From assembly GCA_051294375.1 (NCBI GenBank), contig CM119267.1:8953709-9017708 (forward strand): DNA of 64,000 nucleotides. Reading direction: 5' to 3'. The notes beneath the pieces are model-generated. The model had not been told where the DNA came from. It saw only the letters and a program-made list of their open reading frames with translations, and searched no databases. Every line of letters starts with the position of its first letter. Positions within the stretch are counted from its first letter, which is position 1. This document shows positions 16,621 to 28,848 of this stretch, one piece after another. The DNA comes from Paraspadella gotoi (Eukaryota; Animalia; Chaetognatha). The position numbers were made by a program, and so were the translations under genes.

Positions 16621-17105
16621 CGTTTTATTTTCTTTATCTTTTTTTTTTGTATGTTCTTTTTCTTTTAGTTTTCTATCTCGTTTCATTTTTTGTTTTGTTG
16701 TATGAAATTGGTACAACCAAAATGAAAATTATCCATTCATTTAATAAATAAGCTTTCTCGCCCCTGACTGTGGACAGGCTTTGGTGGTTTAAGGCCTCCA
16801 TCACTCTTACAAGATAATAACATAACAGGTCCCAGCACAGTCTGTTGTTTTTTCCTTCATTTAGTTTTTTTTCTCTTTAAGTTTCTTTTTCTACTTTTTT
16901 ATTCCCTTCTCTCATTTTATTTTCTCTCTTTTTCTATTTTTCTTGGGTTTTTTTCTCTCTCTTCTTTTTTCCTCAGATATATACAGAATTTTCGTTGGTG
17001 GTTTTTCTTTTCAAGTCTTTAATCCATTTTATTCCAACCTCGGTTTTCACAAACTGCCAGCGACGATTCCCTTTTTTTTTTCATTCATCCGAGTTTTATT
17101 GAAAT

Positions 17106-17287
17106 TTAAATCTCGCCGGCCGGTGCCGCTGCTGCCGCCGCCGCCGATGTCGCCAGACCCGCTGCCGGTTCTGCCGTCGGTCCCTCTGCCACTACTAACA
17201 CCACTTGAGCCGCATTCACAAACACCACCGCCGCCGCTGCCGCCACAGCCGCCGCCACAGCCGCCGCATTTGGTTCAGGGTTTCTTC
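17106..17287 (-). CDS. Probable terminal exon, Ala/Val-rich (GRNPEPNAAAVAAAVAAAAAVVFVNAAQVVLVVAEG…PAGEI*)
   Basis: Minus-strand polypyrimidine tract + AAG acceptor; TAA stop followed after 5 nt by AATAAA (17095-17100). Confidence 0.45.
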
Positions 17288-17344
17288 CTTCGGTTGGAAA
17301 AAAAAAAGAAAATGACTAATAAAAGGCGGAATGCTTCTTGGCTC

Positions 17345-17400
<56 letters not shown>

Positions 17401-17420
17401 CGATGACGATGAAGACGACG
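17345..17420. repeat. (GAT/GAC)n trinucleotide microsatellite
   Basis: Read directly from the sequence. Confidence 0.95.
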
Positions 17421-17687
17421 ATAAAGAAGATTAAAATTTCTACATCGAATAGAAAACGTATTAATAATTCTCGTTCGAAACGTAGAAAAATATTATCAAA
17501 GCATAGTGTATACTACTAGATAAAAAAAAAAACATTTTTATAATCATTTATTCTCGAATTTTTCGAGCTGTAGCAATAAAAAGCATTTCCATTAAAAAAC
17601 ATTACCATTTCACTGAAGCAGGGGACGCATTTAAAAACGATTCTAAAGGCCCTTGTGATTTTAATGATCTCTCTATATCCAAGAGGA

Positions 17688-17730
<43 letters not shown>

Positions 17731-18229
17731 CTCATAAATATTTGAATCACGTTTTGATATAGCTTTTAAATATGATTATTTTCATCTCTTTTGTCGTTAT
17801 CAAACGAACAAGAAAACCGAAAAGAAAGAAAAGAATGAACTAAGAGAAGAAAGACGAAAAGAAAGAATTAAAAAAAAGAAAGAAATAAATGATCAGGAAA
17901 TGAATTAAAGAAAGTCGTGCAATAAAAAAAGGAGCCTTTGTTCGTGATTCTGTGAAAACTCTTTGAATCCGATTTTTAAAATACCTCGCTCGATGAGATA
18001 TTCTTTTTTTTATCTTTTCTTTCTTTTTCGAATTATTTCACGCCTGTACTTTTCCAATTTCGCGCCCGATGCTCTTTTATCTTTTCGACGAGTGATGTTT
18101 ATCGCCACCTGTGGAGATCGAAAGAGGTAGCGTCTCTTTTACGTCCGGTGGCCGCCAGAGAGGGCATCGCCTGGAAAAATGAGGCGTCTCCTGAGACGGT
18201 CGACGCGTCAAAACCGGATGGCGGCCAAA

Positions 18230-18275
<46 letters not shown>

Positions 18276-18729
18276 ATATCACTTCCAAAGTATCCCAACG
18301 ATTCTATCGTCGCCTCTCTACCATTTCGCCGAAACTTTGATGTCAGACGCCGTTCCAAAAAAAAAAATCGTTTGACCTTCAATTTTTAAATATTTGACAT
18401 TTCTACTCTCTCACTCTCTCTTTCTCTCCCTCTCCCTCCTTCATTCTACACTACCTTGTTTTTCTTTTTTTNNNNNNNNNNNNNNNNNNNNNNNNNNNNN
18501 NNNNNNNNNNNNNNNNNNNNNNNNNNNNNNNNNNNNNNNNNNNNNNNNNNNNNNNNNNNNNNNNNNNNNNNNNNNNNNNNNNNNNNNNNNNNNNNNNNNN
18601 NNNNNNNNNNNNNNNNNNNNNNNNNNNNNNNNNNNNNNNNNNNNNNNNNNNNNNNNNNNNNNNNNNNNNNNNNNNNNNNNNNNNNNNNNNNNNNNNNNNN
18701 NNNNNNNNNNNNNNNNNNNNNNNNNNNNN

Positions 18730-18764
<35 letters not shown>

Positions 18765-19334
18765 TTAATATCCCATTTGATACTTCGACCTAGGCGCCGA
18801 CGACGGCTTCGCCCGTTGGGTCCTCGGCTCCGTCTCATTAATCACCGGCGCCGGAAACGAATTCCTAGTTTTGGTCGGACGGGATTTGACTCGGAAATCT
18901 CCTCCCGACGCCGTAATTGCGGCGCTTGTCACGATTGTGCCTCCCGACGCCGTAATTGCGGCGCTTGTCACGATTGTGCCTCGCTTTGTGGAATTCCTCC
19001 TTTTCTGTGTTTTAGATTCACTTGACTTTTCTATTCTGCGCCTCCATTGTTCCATATTTTCTCCTTAAACATATTCTATTCCATCCGAGGGTTCTCTTAA
19101 TTTCCTACTCTCTGCGTGATGCAATTGATGCATATTTCCCGTCAACTTTGTCGCCGACTTCCTCGTCGTCATCGTCGTCGTCGTCGTCGTCTTCCTTGTC
19201 GTGAAAAGGTAACTCTGCTCAACGCTGACCTCTTTTACCCGCAATGAATCATCTTCTCGCGAGAGTTCGCCTCGAGTTCCTTCCCTTCTCCATCGCCGGG
19301 CGAAACCAACCGCGGCGCTTCCCGGCTTTTCCAT
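18765..19334 (-). CDS. Possible frameshifted coding region containing an in-frame 39-bp duplication
   Basis: Two adjacent minus-strand ORFs (89 and 96 aa) in complex sequence; no recognised domain. Confidence 0.2.
18901..18982. repeat. Perfect 39-bp tandem duplication with internal near-palindrome CGCCGTAATTGCGGCG
   Basis: 18901-18939 is identical to 18940-18978. Confidence 0.95.
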
Positions 19335-19575
19335 CTTTCCATTTTACCTTTTTCCCTTTTTTCCCTTTCCATTTTCAATTTTACCTTTCTTCCTTTTCTT
19401 TTTTCCCTTATCCTTAGTCTTTCTAGCGAACTCTATATCTCCAAATCTGAGAATCTTGTTTTATATCCTCTAACCAACCATGCTTCATCTCAAAATTCTC
19501 TATCCTTCCCCTATCCTTTATCGATACACCCATCTCTTTTTCTTTTCCCCNNNNNNNNNNNNNNNNNNNNNNNNN

Positions 19576-22500
19576 AGAAGAGAGAGAGATGACCGAGCAG
19601 CTCAAAGTGCGAGTTCGGAGATCCTTGGAAACTGCCTAGATCGTTCCCGACACGTCATACGCGACGATAGTGACCATGGTAGGCTCGCGGAATCCTTTGG
19701 ATGTCAGAACGGGGAGCATCATCAAGGCTGGCCATCGAAGCGGCTGAGACTGGACGACGACGAACGAAGCGCCAGTCGCACGAAAACACAAATCGTTCTT
19801 ATCGGACCTTCACTGTCCTCTGAGAGAAGTAAGGAGCAGTATGGAGCTAACTACTCCGCACACTCATTTTCACTCCTCTCTGCGATTCCCTACAAATCTT
19901 TCTCAATTAATCCTTCAATCATTCTAGAACATTCATAAGCAATTACGCGGCAAGGAATCTGAGTTGTTGAGTGACGTCCCGTACTGTTAGGTCTACGGTC
20001 CAATCTCATCAGCTCGTGTGCCGCGTCGCGCGGTGGAATTGTGAAAACATCGTTAAAAAAGTTGGCCACGTATCTTTCTCGTGAGCAAAAGACACACGAC
20101 TCCATCTATCCATGAAAACATCTATACTACTAATTATCTCTCCTCTCTCTCGCCACACTCCCTCCTCCCTGTCTTATCTACGTTCTTTGTCTGGACAATA
20201 CTCACTCTTCTCCTTTTTTTTCTTAGAAAGGTCGCGCCTGATGAGTGCAGAGGGAATGGGATTGCACTGTCTCGCTCCCAATCGCTCAGGTCAAAATATA
20301 CTCTCGGCTCGGGTCTGGTTCATGCTGCGAGAAAAATCTCTCCGGCTGCGGAAGTGACAGAAAAATGTCAAGAATCATCGATACCTTTAATATCCGGCAA
20401 TTACCGAGACGAAGAGAAAAGAGCGAGAAGAGAGGGAGATGAGAGAGAGAGGAGAGAGAGAGAGAGAGAGAGAGGGATAAACGAGAGATAGAGTAAAAAA
20501 CAGAGATGCAGACCCCCATGATTAATTATCAAAACACGCTACAATTAAAGGCACGAGTGCCTTAGAAACCGACTGCGCACGTTCAACAAGGCCGGCGACG
20601 TCAGGAGATGAAACCGGTAAGCCGAGCCGAGCACAAAGACGTGACGCACGATAAACTGAGAGCACGGACCGACGCAAAAATTAGATATTCACCACAGGCA
20701 ATGCAACGTACTCGTTCAGAGCGAAGAGAAAACGAAACGTTGGTGGGGTGTCGCGAGGCGGAAACAGAGGCGTAAGAGGTCGCAGGCGGGGGCGGGGAAG
20801 CGGTACTTGAAGAGAGGATACGGGTGGTGACATATACGATATCCAAGACAGGGGGCTACCGGTTTTTACATATGCAATTTAAAACTTATCCAGGTTTATG
20901 CACAGAAAATCCGCGGGTCGGGCTGAGGCAATTAAATTTTTTAGTTCTCATATTATTCTTAGACTGATCGTCTATGGTTCGTCTTCTTCTCCAGTAAAGC
21001 CGCCTTCGTTAGTAGAGCTGAGATAAGAGGGTGTCTTTTCATCTCGTCTGCTCTTCTCTCAGATCTCTCATCACTGTCTGCTCTGGGGACACTTTCTCTC
21101 TCTCTCTGATCCTCTCACATCTCTCTTCGTGCTCTGCATAGCAAAAAATTTTCTTCATCCTAAACTTATCCAAACATTTTTCGCACAGCATCAGCACACA
21201 CAACCGTATCGCCCTCGACAATCTTCTCCTGGCTTATATTCTTAGCGTAGAAGTCAAATTCTCTTAAGCGATCTTATTATCTTCCTGCTCAGATCTCTCT
21301 TCTCCGATCTTTCGGGCCATCGTCTCCTTTATTTCCGTCCATATTCTCGCACGCGGATTTTTTCTCCCTTCCCCGAGTCGAATTTTTGAAATATTAAAGG
21401 ACAAAAAAAGGAAGAAAAACAAATTGCATTTTAATGATTGAAACTTGCGCGTGTCATCGTCCTGCTTCTTGTTCATTTGCTGTCTATCGTCTCAGTGACG
21501 ATTGTATGAAAGACGCAAAAAAAAAATGGGGGAAAACGAGAGCAGGCTTTTCCGGGTAAGGAGAAAATAATTAAAGACACATAGACAGCACACGAGTAAA
21601 AGAAAGAAAGTGTAAATGAAAAGCTGATAGAGAATAGAAGAGAAAGAAAGAAAAGAAAGTTAGAAACGAGAAAAAAGAAAGAAAATTTTGAGACAGTCCG
21701 ACAGTTATATTCAAATAAAATAAAAATCCGGCCCTCCATTAGAGGTATCCTTTTTCATCTTTTGCTGTCTCCCAGATTTTTCAATTTTCGCGGCAGAAAT
21801 TCGAGGTTTCAACCGTGGTTTCTTATTCTTTACTTCTTACTGGATTAGCTATTCGTTCTTCATTGTTCTTCTATCAGTTCTTATTTTAAATTATTATTTT
21901 TTCGTCCTCTCGACTCCTTTAGTTTTATTGAAAAGAGAGAAGAACGCAAAAAAGCACACATGAATTTCGTGGTCCCGAGGTTTCGTTCGGGTTCATCGTG
22001 CTTTTTAATGCTGCGGGCGGGTACTGGGGGCGTCCTCATTGGCGCGTGAATGGCAATTGACTCGTCATATTCTAACGGCTGCGGCGCTAATTGCTGGCGA
22101 CCTCCCTCATGAGTCCAGTAGGCGACCGAGTATCCTGATACAACTTGTTGATTGCGTCGGTCGCGGCGACTTCCCTCCGCCCGTCGAGGTACCGGACGAA
22201 AAGCGGAAGCGGTCGGTCATGCGCGAATAAGATTAAGTCGTCGTCGTCGTCTTCCCTCTGTCGTGAAAGGTAACTCTGCTCAAAGCGCTGACGAGCTTCT
22301 TTTTGTTAGAGCCCTCCGACTAGCAGTCGAGGTTTTCGCAATGAAGCATGCCTGGATCGCGTCCCGCGGAGAGTAGCTCGCCTCTGGAGAGGGTTCTGCT
22401 CTGCCCTCTCCCTCATGCAGTTGCGCCGCGACGAGCGGGAAACTAGCGCAAGGACGGAGGTGGCCGGCGGGCCGGGGCTTTCCCCTGGCCGAGCCACACC

Positions 22501-22650
22501 GAGAGTGATCTGGCTTTCCATCACAGATTTAGCGGTCCGATATTTACGCGAAAACCCGAGCAGTGTAAGTCGTCCATCGATTGTTTTTTTATTTCCTTTT
22601 CAAGTTTCCGGCTGGGCGCAGCCATGATTTCGAGCCCAGTGTGCCAATTT
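19576..22650 (-). other. Interleaved chimeric consensus: inverted noisy copy of ~58960-60960 merged with other sequence (including 19050-19550)
   Basis: 20851-20900 GGGGCTACC…ACATATGCAATTTAAAACTTATCCAGGTTTAT is the reverse complement of 60179-60224; 22235-22290 matches 19180-19230. Confidence 0.8.
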
Positions 22651-23150
22651 CGTCATTTAAAAAACCGTTTCTTCCTTTCCTTTTTTCCCTTATCCTTAGT
22701 CTTTCTTGCGAACTTCTATATCTCCAAATCTGAGAATCTTTATCGATACACCCATCTCTCTTTTTCTTTCCCCTACTATCCTTCCCTCTCTCTCCTCTCT
22801 CTGCATCCATTCATTCTCCCCCCTCTTCCAGTCAATCCACCCACCCTACTTCTCATCCCCTACTCAATCCCCTTACTCCATCCGTCCTCCTCCACCCTTT
22901 CCCTCATCCATCTTCCCCCTCTCTCCCACTCCTCTCCACCATCTCCTCTCCGGCATGCTAATCCACCATCCCTCACCCGCGTATAGCGGCGCCAGTCGGC
23001 GATGAGGGCCGGAGCTCCCACCCTCCCACCATCTCTCTCTCTGCATCAATTCACCCTCCCACCATCGGCATCTTCATCATCTCTCCGAATTTTCTTCCCT
23101 GGGCTCCGATTTTCCTGACGTCGCGTCTTTATTTTGCTTCCGGGAGACTT

Positions 23151-23230
23151 TTCCTCTCTTTCGCCCATTTCTCCCCCCTTTTCCTTTTTTTTCCTCTCTT
23201 TCGCCCATTTCTCCCCCTTTTCCTTTTTTT
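23151..23230. repeat. 40-bp pyrimidine-rich tandem duplication
   Basis: TTCCTCTCTTTCGCCCATTTCTCCCCCTTTT… occurs twice in tandem. Confidence 0.85.
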
Positions 23231-23368
23231 AACGCTCCCATTGGCTTTTTTTCCTTTTTTTCGAGAATTTTTTTAGCTTTTATACTTTTATGTAGTAGTA
23301 GATTCTTTAATCTTCATGACCTCAATACTTTAACTTTTATTAAAATAAAATTATAAACCAAAAAAGGG

Positions 23369-23423
<55 letters not shown>

Positions 23424-23717
23424 TCCTCTGACTTTTTTTTTCTCCCCTAATTCCCCATATCCTTCGAAAAGCTTCCTCGATTTTTTTTTTCTCTCTTTCT
23501 CTTCTCTTATTCAGCTTTCTCTCTCCTTCCTCTTCCTCCTCCTCTTCCTCCTCCGCCTCCTCTTCCTCATCTTTGGGCAATCTTCGCCTAGGGGATCACT
23601 GTTCTGGTATTAACTGGGATTCACTCGGGATATTTGCTTTAATCTCCTGTGGAGATGATACTGCCCCGACTTCATTGCTCTCGCCTGCCTCCGATCTCCC
23701 TCATTCTGTCTCACTGC

Positions 23718-23770
<53 letters not shown>

Positions 23771-23994
23771 TCTCTCTCTCTCTCTCTCTCGTCTCCCCAT
23801 ATTCTTTCCGTTTCTCTCTTTTCAAATTTATACGATTTACTAAGAAATCTTGATGTAGTTTGAGTTGAAGCTCATCTCTCATAATCAAGTTCGATTAATC
23901 GAAAAATAAAAAGAAATTTGGTTTCAAAGAGAGAGAGAGAGGAGAAGAGAAGAGTGGAGAGAGAGAGGAGGAGAGAGAGAGAGAGAGAGAGAGA

Positions 23995-24694
23995 AGAGAG
24001 GAGAGAGACGTACGCGGGGTCGGGGCCGGAGAGAGGTAAGTTCCTCCCTGGAATCGTTGGTAAGGCTTTCTCGAGGGATTTTCTCCACTGATCCCGGTTT
24101 ATAGCCTCACTCGCCTTTTTGCCTCAGACGACGATAACGAAGACGACGATGACGACGATGACGAAAAGAGCAATGATGATTGCCATAAAAAACGGAATCA
24201 TACTATGCATTTTTTATTGTATTCTGAGAAATCGCTTCTCACTATTGGGTCTCGCTTCATAAGTAAATTCTATGGTTGGGAACGATTGGGCATTGCCGTC
24301 AAAATATCGATGAAAAACACGAGAAAGAGAGANNNNNNNNNNNNNNNNNNNNNNNNNAGAGAGAGAGAGAGAGAGAGACGTACGCGGGGTCAGGCCGGGG
24401 AGAGAGGGTAAGTTCCTCCCTCGGAATCGTTGGTAAGGCTTTCTCGAGGGATTTTCTCCACTGATCCCGGTTTTAGCCTCACTTCGCCTTTTGCCTCAGA
24501 CGACGATAACGAAGACGACGATGACGACGATGACGAAAAGAGCAATGATGATTGCCATAAAAACGAATCATACTAATGCATTTTTATTGTATTCTGAGAA
24601 ATCGCTTCTCACTTATTGGGTCTCGCTTCATAAGTAAATTTCTTATGGTTGGGAAACGATTGGCATTGCCCGTCAAAATATCCGATGAAAAACA

Positions 24695-24715
<21 letters not shown>
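23995..24715 (+). repeat. Duplicate block C (~350 bp twice) across the 25-N gap 24333-24357
   Basis: GACGTACGCGGGGTC…AAAACACGAGAAAG is present on both sides of the gap. Confidence 0.9.
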
Positions 24716-24743
<28 letters not shown>

Positions 24744-26220
24744 TCGGTAATACTTCCCCTTCCTCCCTTTCGGTCTTCGGTTTTCTTATCTTTTCTGGCT
24801 TGCCTCTCTTTCCTCTTTTTCTCTCTCTCTCTGTCTCCTTTAAAAAGAAGTTAGAGAAAGAGAGATAGAAAAACGCAGATAGAGAGAGAGTCTCCCGCCT
24901 CCCCTCACCGCACTCCCTCTCGCGATGTCAAGGAGGTTATGCGGGAATTAAGTGGCGTTATGAGGAATTAAGGCAGGAGCTTTGGCCGAGACTGCAGAAG
25001 GTCGGGTGGAAAATAGAGGGAAGCGAAATCTTTATGGAGTCGAAGACGGATAAAAGGTGGTGGCGAAGAAGGTGGCAGAGGTGGTGGCGAAGAAGGTGGT
25101 GGCGAAGAAAGTTGCAGAGGTGGTGGCGAAGGTTATGGCAAAGATGAAGAAGAGAAAAGCAAGAAAATAGAAAATTTGTTGGGATGGAAAACGCGTCGAA
25201 GGCAAGGGTGGCACGGACTCGCATGGCACAGTTTCAGCCGAACAAATATCTTCATTTTGGTAAGTTTTTGCGCATGGGCGAAGGAAGCGAAGCCTCAGGA
25301 TGGTTTGTTTACATACGACAGACTCAGAGCGAAACGCGGTTCTTTGTCGCGCAGAGTTGCAAAAAGGAGAATGCCTCTTTTTTTGTTTTGGGTGAAAGTT
25401 AAATTTGTTGTTCAAAAACAGGATTGCCTTTATTTTCGTTTTCTTGCTTCTTCGTCTTCTTCGTGCGTCGTCGTCGTCGTCGTGCTTCGTAGATGCACCG
25501 CTTAAATCGCCTCGGCCAAAAAAGAAGGAGGCACAAATCTTTGCGAGCAATTGTCTGGCTGAAACATTCGCTGCGATGCCTGCGGTGTGCCGCCGGGTTT
25601 GCACGGCCGCCGCCGGCCGTAAAGGCCTCCGGAAACTAACCTGTACGCCGTGCGTTAAGGCGCCGAGGCCTCCTTGACGGACGTCGCTCGGCGCTCGTGC
25701 CGGCAACCTGGAGGTAGTCACACCGGTTGGGCTGGAATCGTCAACCTGAGTCACCTCCTCCCCGACGGCACAGCGCGGAGTTTGCCTTGTCAAAGCGGCC
25801 GTAATTTTCCCATTTCCAATAGCACCTTTCACACATGGTTGGCTCTCCCCCCTCCTTGTTCACGTTTCATAACTTTCCCCGCCCCGCTCTCGTCCTCTCT
25901 CGTCTGATCTATCGTCTAGCGGGAATCCCCCGCCTCATCTGACATGAAGCCGGCTCTGTCTCCGTCTCTCTCTTCTCTTTCGTCTCTCTCTCTCATCTCC
26001 TTTCGCGCCACAAAAATATCCGGCGTTTATGTTATCCGCTCTCGGATAATCCTTTCGGAGGCTCAAGTCGCTGACTACAACTCCACGCGATAAAACAAAA
26101 TCGCCCACAGACTTTTCCTTTTTTTCTTGTTTTTTTCTTTCTTTTGCTTTTTTTTTTCTGGGGGGGTGGACGACGATGGTCGGGGGGCACGGGGGGGGGG
26201 CGTCGTGCGTCGATAGTTGT

Positions 26221-26841
26221 TAATTGTGGGGGTATATTGCACGAGGGTGTGTGCACCGCCTCACGTGCCAACACCATCCTTCAGGGGCAAGAATCGCTAT
26301 TGGCTCAGAGAGGGGAACACTACACATCCGCCGCAGGGCGTAGTGTTCCATGAGCAGGTCTAACCGGACTTCGCCACTGATGAGAGCGGCGTGTGGGCAA
26401 ACAAGCGAGAGGACCGTCCTAGGGTAACCGGGCGCCAGTGGACTGAGGGTGTCACTCTGAGGGTCGGAAAGCCCGCCAAAGGCCAACAGTGGAGATGCCC
26501 CCAATCCACTAATGGGTCATGAACCCAGGCAAACATGGTGGGCAACATATGGGAAAACAGCCAGGTTGCCTGTGATGGGGCCCATTTTGGATCGGGGCAT
26601 CTTTCTCACAGGTTGACTTTGGGGCTTTCCGACCGCTCAGTGACACCTCCAGTCACTGGGCGGCGGTTACGCAACGGTAGGACGGTCTCGCTTTTGGGCC
26701 AACGGCAGTGGGAAGGAAGTCGTTAGGACTTGGTGGATGGAACAGCTACGCGCTGGGATGGTGTGTGTCCCCTCTGAGGCGCAATGGATTTTGGGGCTGA
26801 AGGATGGTGGACGGAGGCGGTGTGAATATACCGCCACATTA
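26221..26841. mobile_element. Palindromic (fold-back) MITE, PIF/Harbinger- or Tc1/mariner-like
   Basis: Left and right halves are imperfect reverse complements (e.g. GGTGTCACT…GGTCGGAAAGCCC vs GGGCTTTCCGACC…AGTGACACC), centred near 26549; ends TAAT(T)GTGG…CCACATTA. Confidence 0.75.
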
Positions 26842-27623
26842 TTTGCCACGTGTTTTGTCGCTTTTTTTTTTCGAAGTATTGTTTTTTTCTGCTGGTGTTA
26901 TCTCTTAATTTCTCTGCTCTCTCTCTCTCTCTCTGCTCTAGTTCTCGTCCAATATTTGCTCACAACTCCGTCGTCCCCGTCGGTCCCTTCTCTCGATCTC
27001 CCTCTCCCAAATCTCCGTCTCTCTTTTCGCACCCCTCTCCCTCTCGTGCTCTTTCACTTCCCTCTCTTTGCTTTTTTCTTTTTTTGCTTTGTGCTCTGAT
27101 TCTATCTCGCTTTTGACCCATGACCCTGCTGCATCAGCTGCCCTTTTTATTTTAAAGGGGCTTCTCAAGAAGTGGCATCTCTTTAAATATTCTTCGCGAT
27201 TTGTCGTTTCTCTATTTTGCTTTTGACTGAAAAAATCGGTTCAAAGTTCAGTCGTAAAAAACTCGCGAGTATTGTAGCGCTTTCTTTTGAGCAGATTGTA
27301 GCTGCCTAATTGAACATAACAACTACAACAACAACAACAACAACGACGACGTAAGTCTCTTCAAGATGTTTAATTTAAGGTTTTGTTGTTTCGTCCACAA
27401 ATTTACTTGAATAACGAGTGCAAACCATTTTTTTTTGCTAGTCTATTTGCTTACATTTATCTCTTTTTCTGTCTCTCTCTCTCTCTTCCTCTCCCTCCCT
27501 GTCTTTCACTCTCTCTTTTATATAATTATATATACATAAATGAATATACTATTTTCTTCTCTCCAATTTGTCTCAACCCCCTTGTCTCTCTATTCCCCCC
27601 GTTTCTCGAGCAAATGCGGGTGC

Positions 27624-28193
27624 TTAATCGAAAGCGGGATTTAATCTGGCGTGGGTGAGCTGCCGCGCGGTCGGGTCGATTCGAGGATCGCGTCCGGAGG
27701 GCGGGGTGGGTGAGGTGAGGTTTGAATCGGGCGGAGACGAGGGTGGGATCTCGAGAGAGACGGGGTGCGCACCTCCCCCCCACCCCCTTCCCCACGACTC
27801 TCCATTCACGGGCACGGAGTCCCGGGCCGAATTCATTTGAAGCTTCTCGGGGGATCCCGGAGCTTCCAGACTTCGAAAGCCCGAGCGGTTAGTTTCCACA
27901 TTCGAGGAATTCGGGCCGCAGCCGCCACCGCCCAGCGCCCGCTTCGGCGAGGGGGCCGGTCCCCAATGTCGAAATTCGCTCCGGCGCCCGTTTTCTCCAC
28001 CGCTGCGGCGCTTTTTTTTTTTTCTTAGTTGAAACGCGTCGGGGACGCGAAGGTCCTGCGTTCGAGGCGGGGTCGACCCCTCGATCGAGAATTTGCTGGT
28101 TGCGTCGCATGGCGGTCATAACCTCGACAGAGGGTGCGAAAGAAGTGACGGCGGTTGTGAGTGGAATAAATCAAGATCATCGCACAATAACGA
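27624..28193 (-). CDS. Probable terminal exon with sequencing frameshifts (SLLCDDLDF…LRKKKKRRRR…ARLNPAFD*)
   Basis: TTCTAATTCCACAG acceptor; the 5' part is open in the duplicate copy (35437-35702) and the 3' part in ORF 27624-27899. Confidence 0.35.
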
Positions 28194-28747
28194 CTGTGGA
28201 ATTAGAATCGTCAAAATTTCGTATTCAGTTAACTCTTTATAATCAGCGATTTTACTTTGACGCTACCCTTCGATGCAAGTAACTCGCGGAAAGATTTTAC
28301 TTGACTACTCTCGCCTCTTTTCTCCCTCTCTTCTACTTAATCTCCACCGTCATCATTCATCATTCATCATTTCAATCATCTCCTCTTTTCCTTCTCCTCC
28401 TCCCCTTCCTCCTCCTAACCCCGGGTTCGACGATTCCCGCAGAGAATCTAATGGCATCTGTTTCGGGGCAGGGCTATGGGGGAGACGAGAAGAGAGAGAG
28501 AGAGAGGAGAAAAGAGAAGAGAGAGAGAGAGATGAGAGAGAGAAGAGAGAAGAGAGAGAGAGGCTTTGGATCTTAATTCTCAAATCCTGGGAATTGCGCT
28601 TCGTTTTGACCCGAAGCGAGTGATTTCGAATGCTCGCAAAACGGGGCCATTCTCGCGAAAATGCTAAGGAAACGGGGACCGCTCAGTTTTTTAATCGCCC
28701 ATTTTTTAAAAAACAAGTTGAGCAAAAACAATGTCGATCTGCCACGA

Positions 28748-28848
28748 TAATTAATTAATTTAATTGATTAATTAATTATATTAAATTAATTAATAGATTA
28801 ATTAATTAATAATAGATTAATTAATTAATTAATTAATAGACAATTAAT
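28748..28848. repeat. (TTAA)n-like tract inside the HINE
   Basis: Read directly from the sequence. Confidence 0.85.

Noticed and set aside
16765-16842. Tiny element with GACTGTG/CACAGTC inverted ends
   Set aside because: A 7-bp match is expected by chance; no TSD or second copy.
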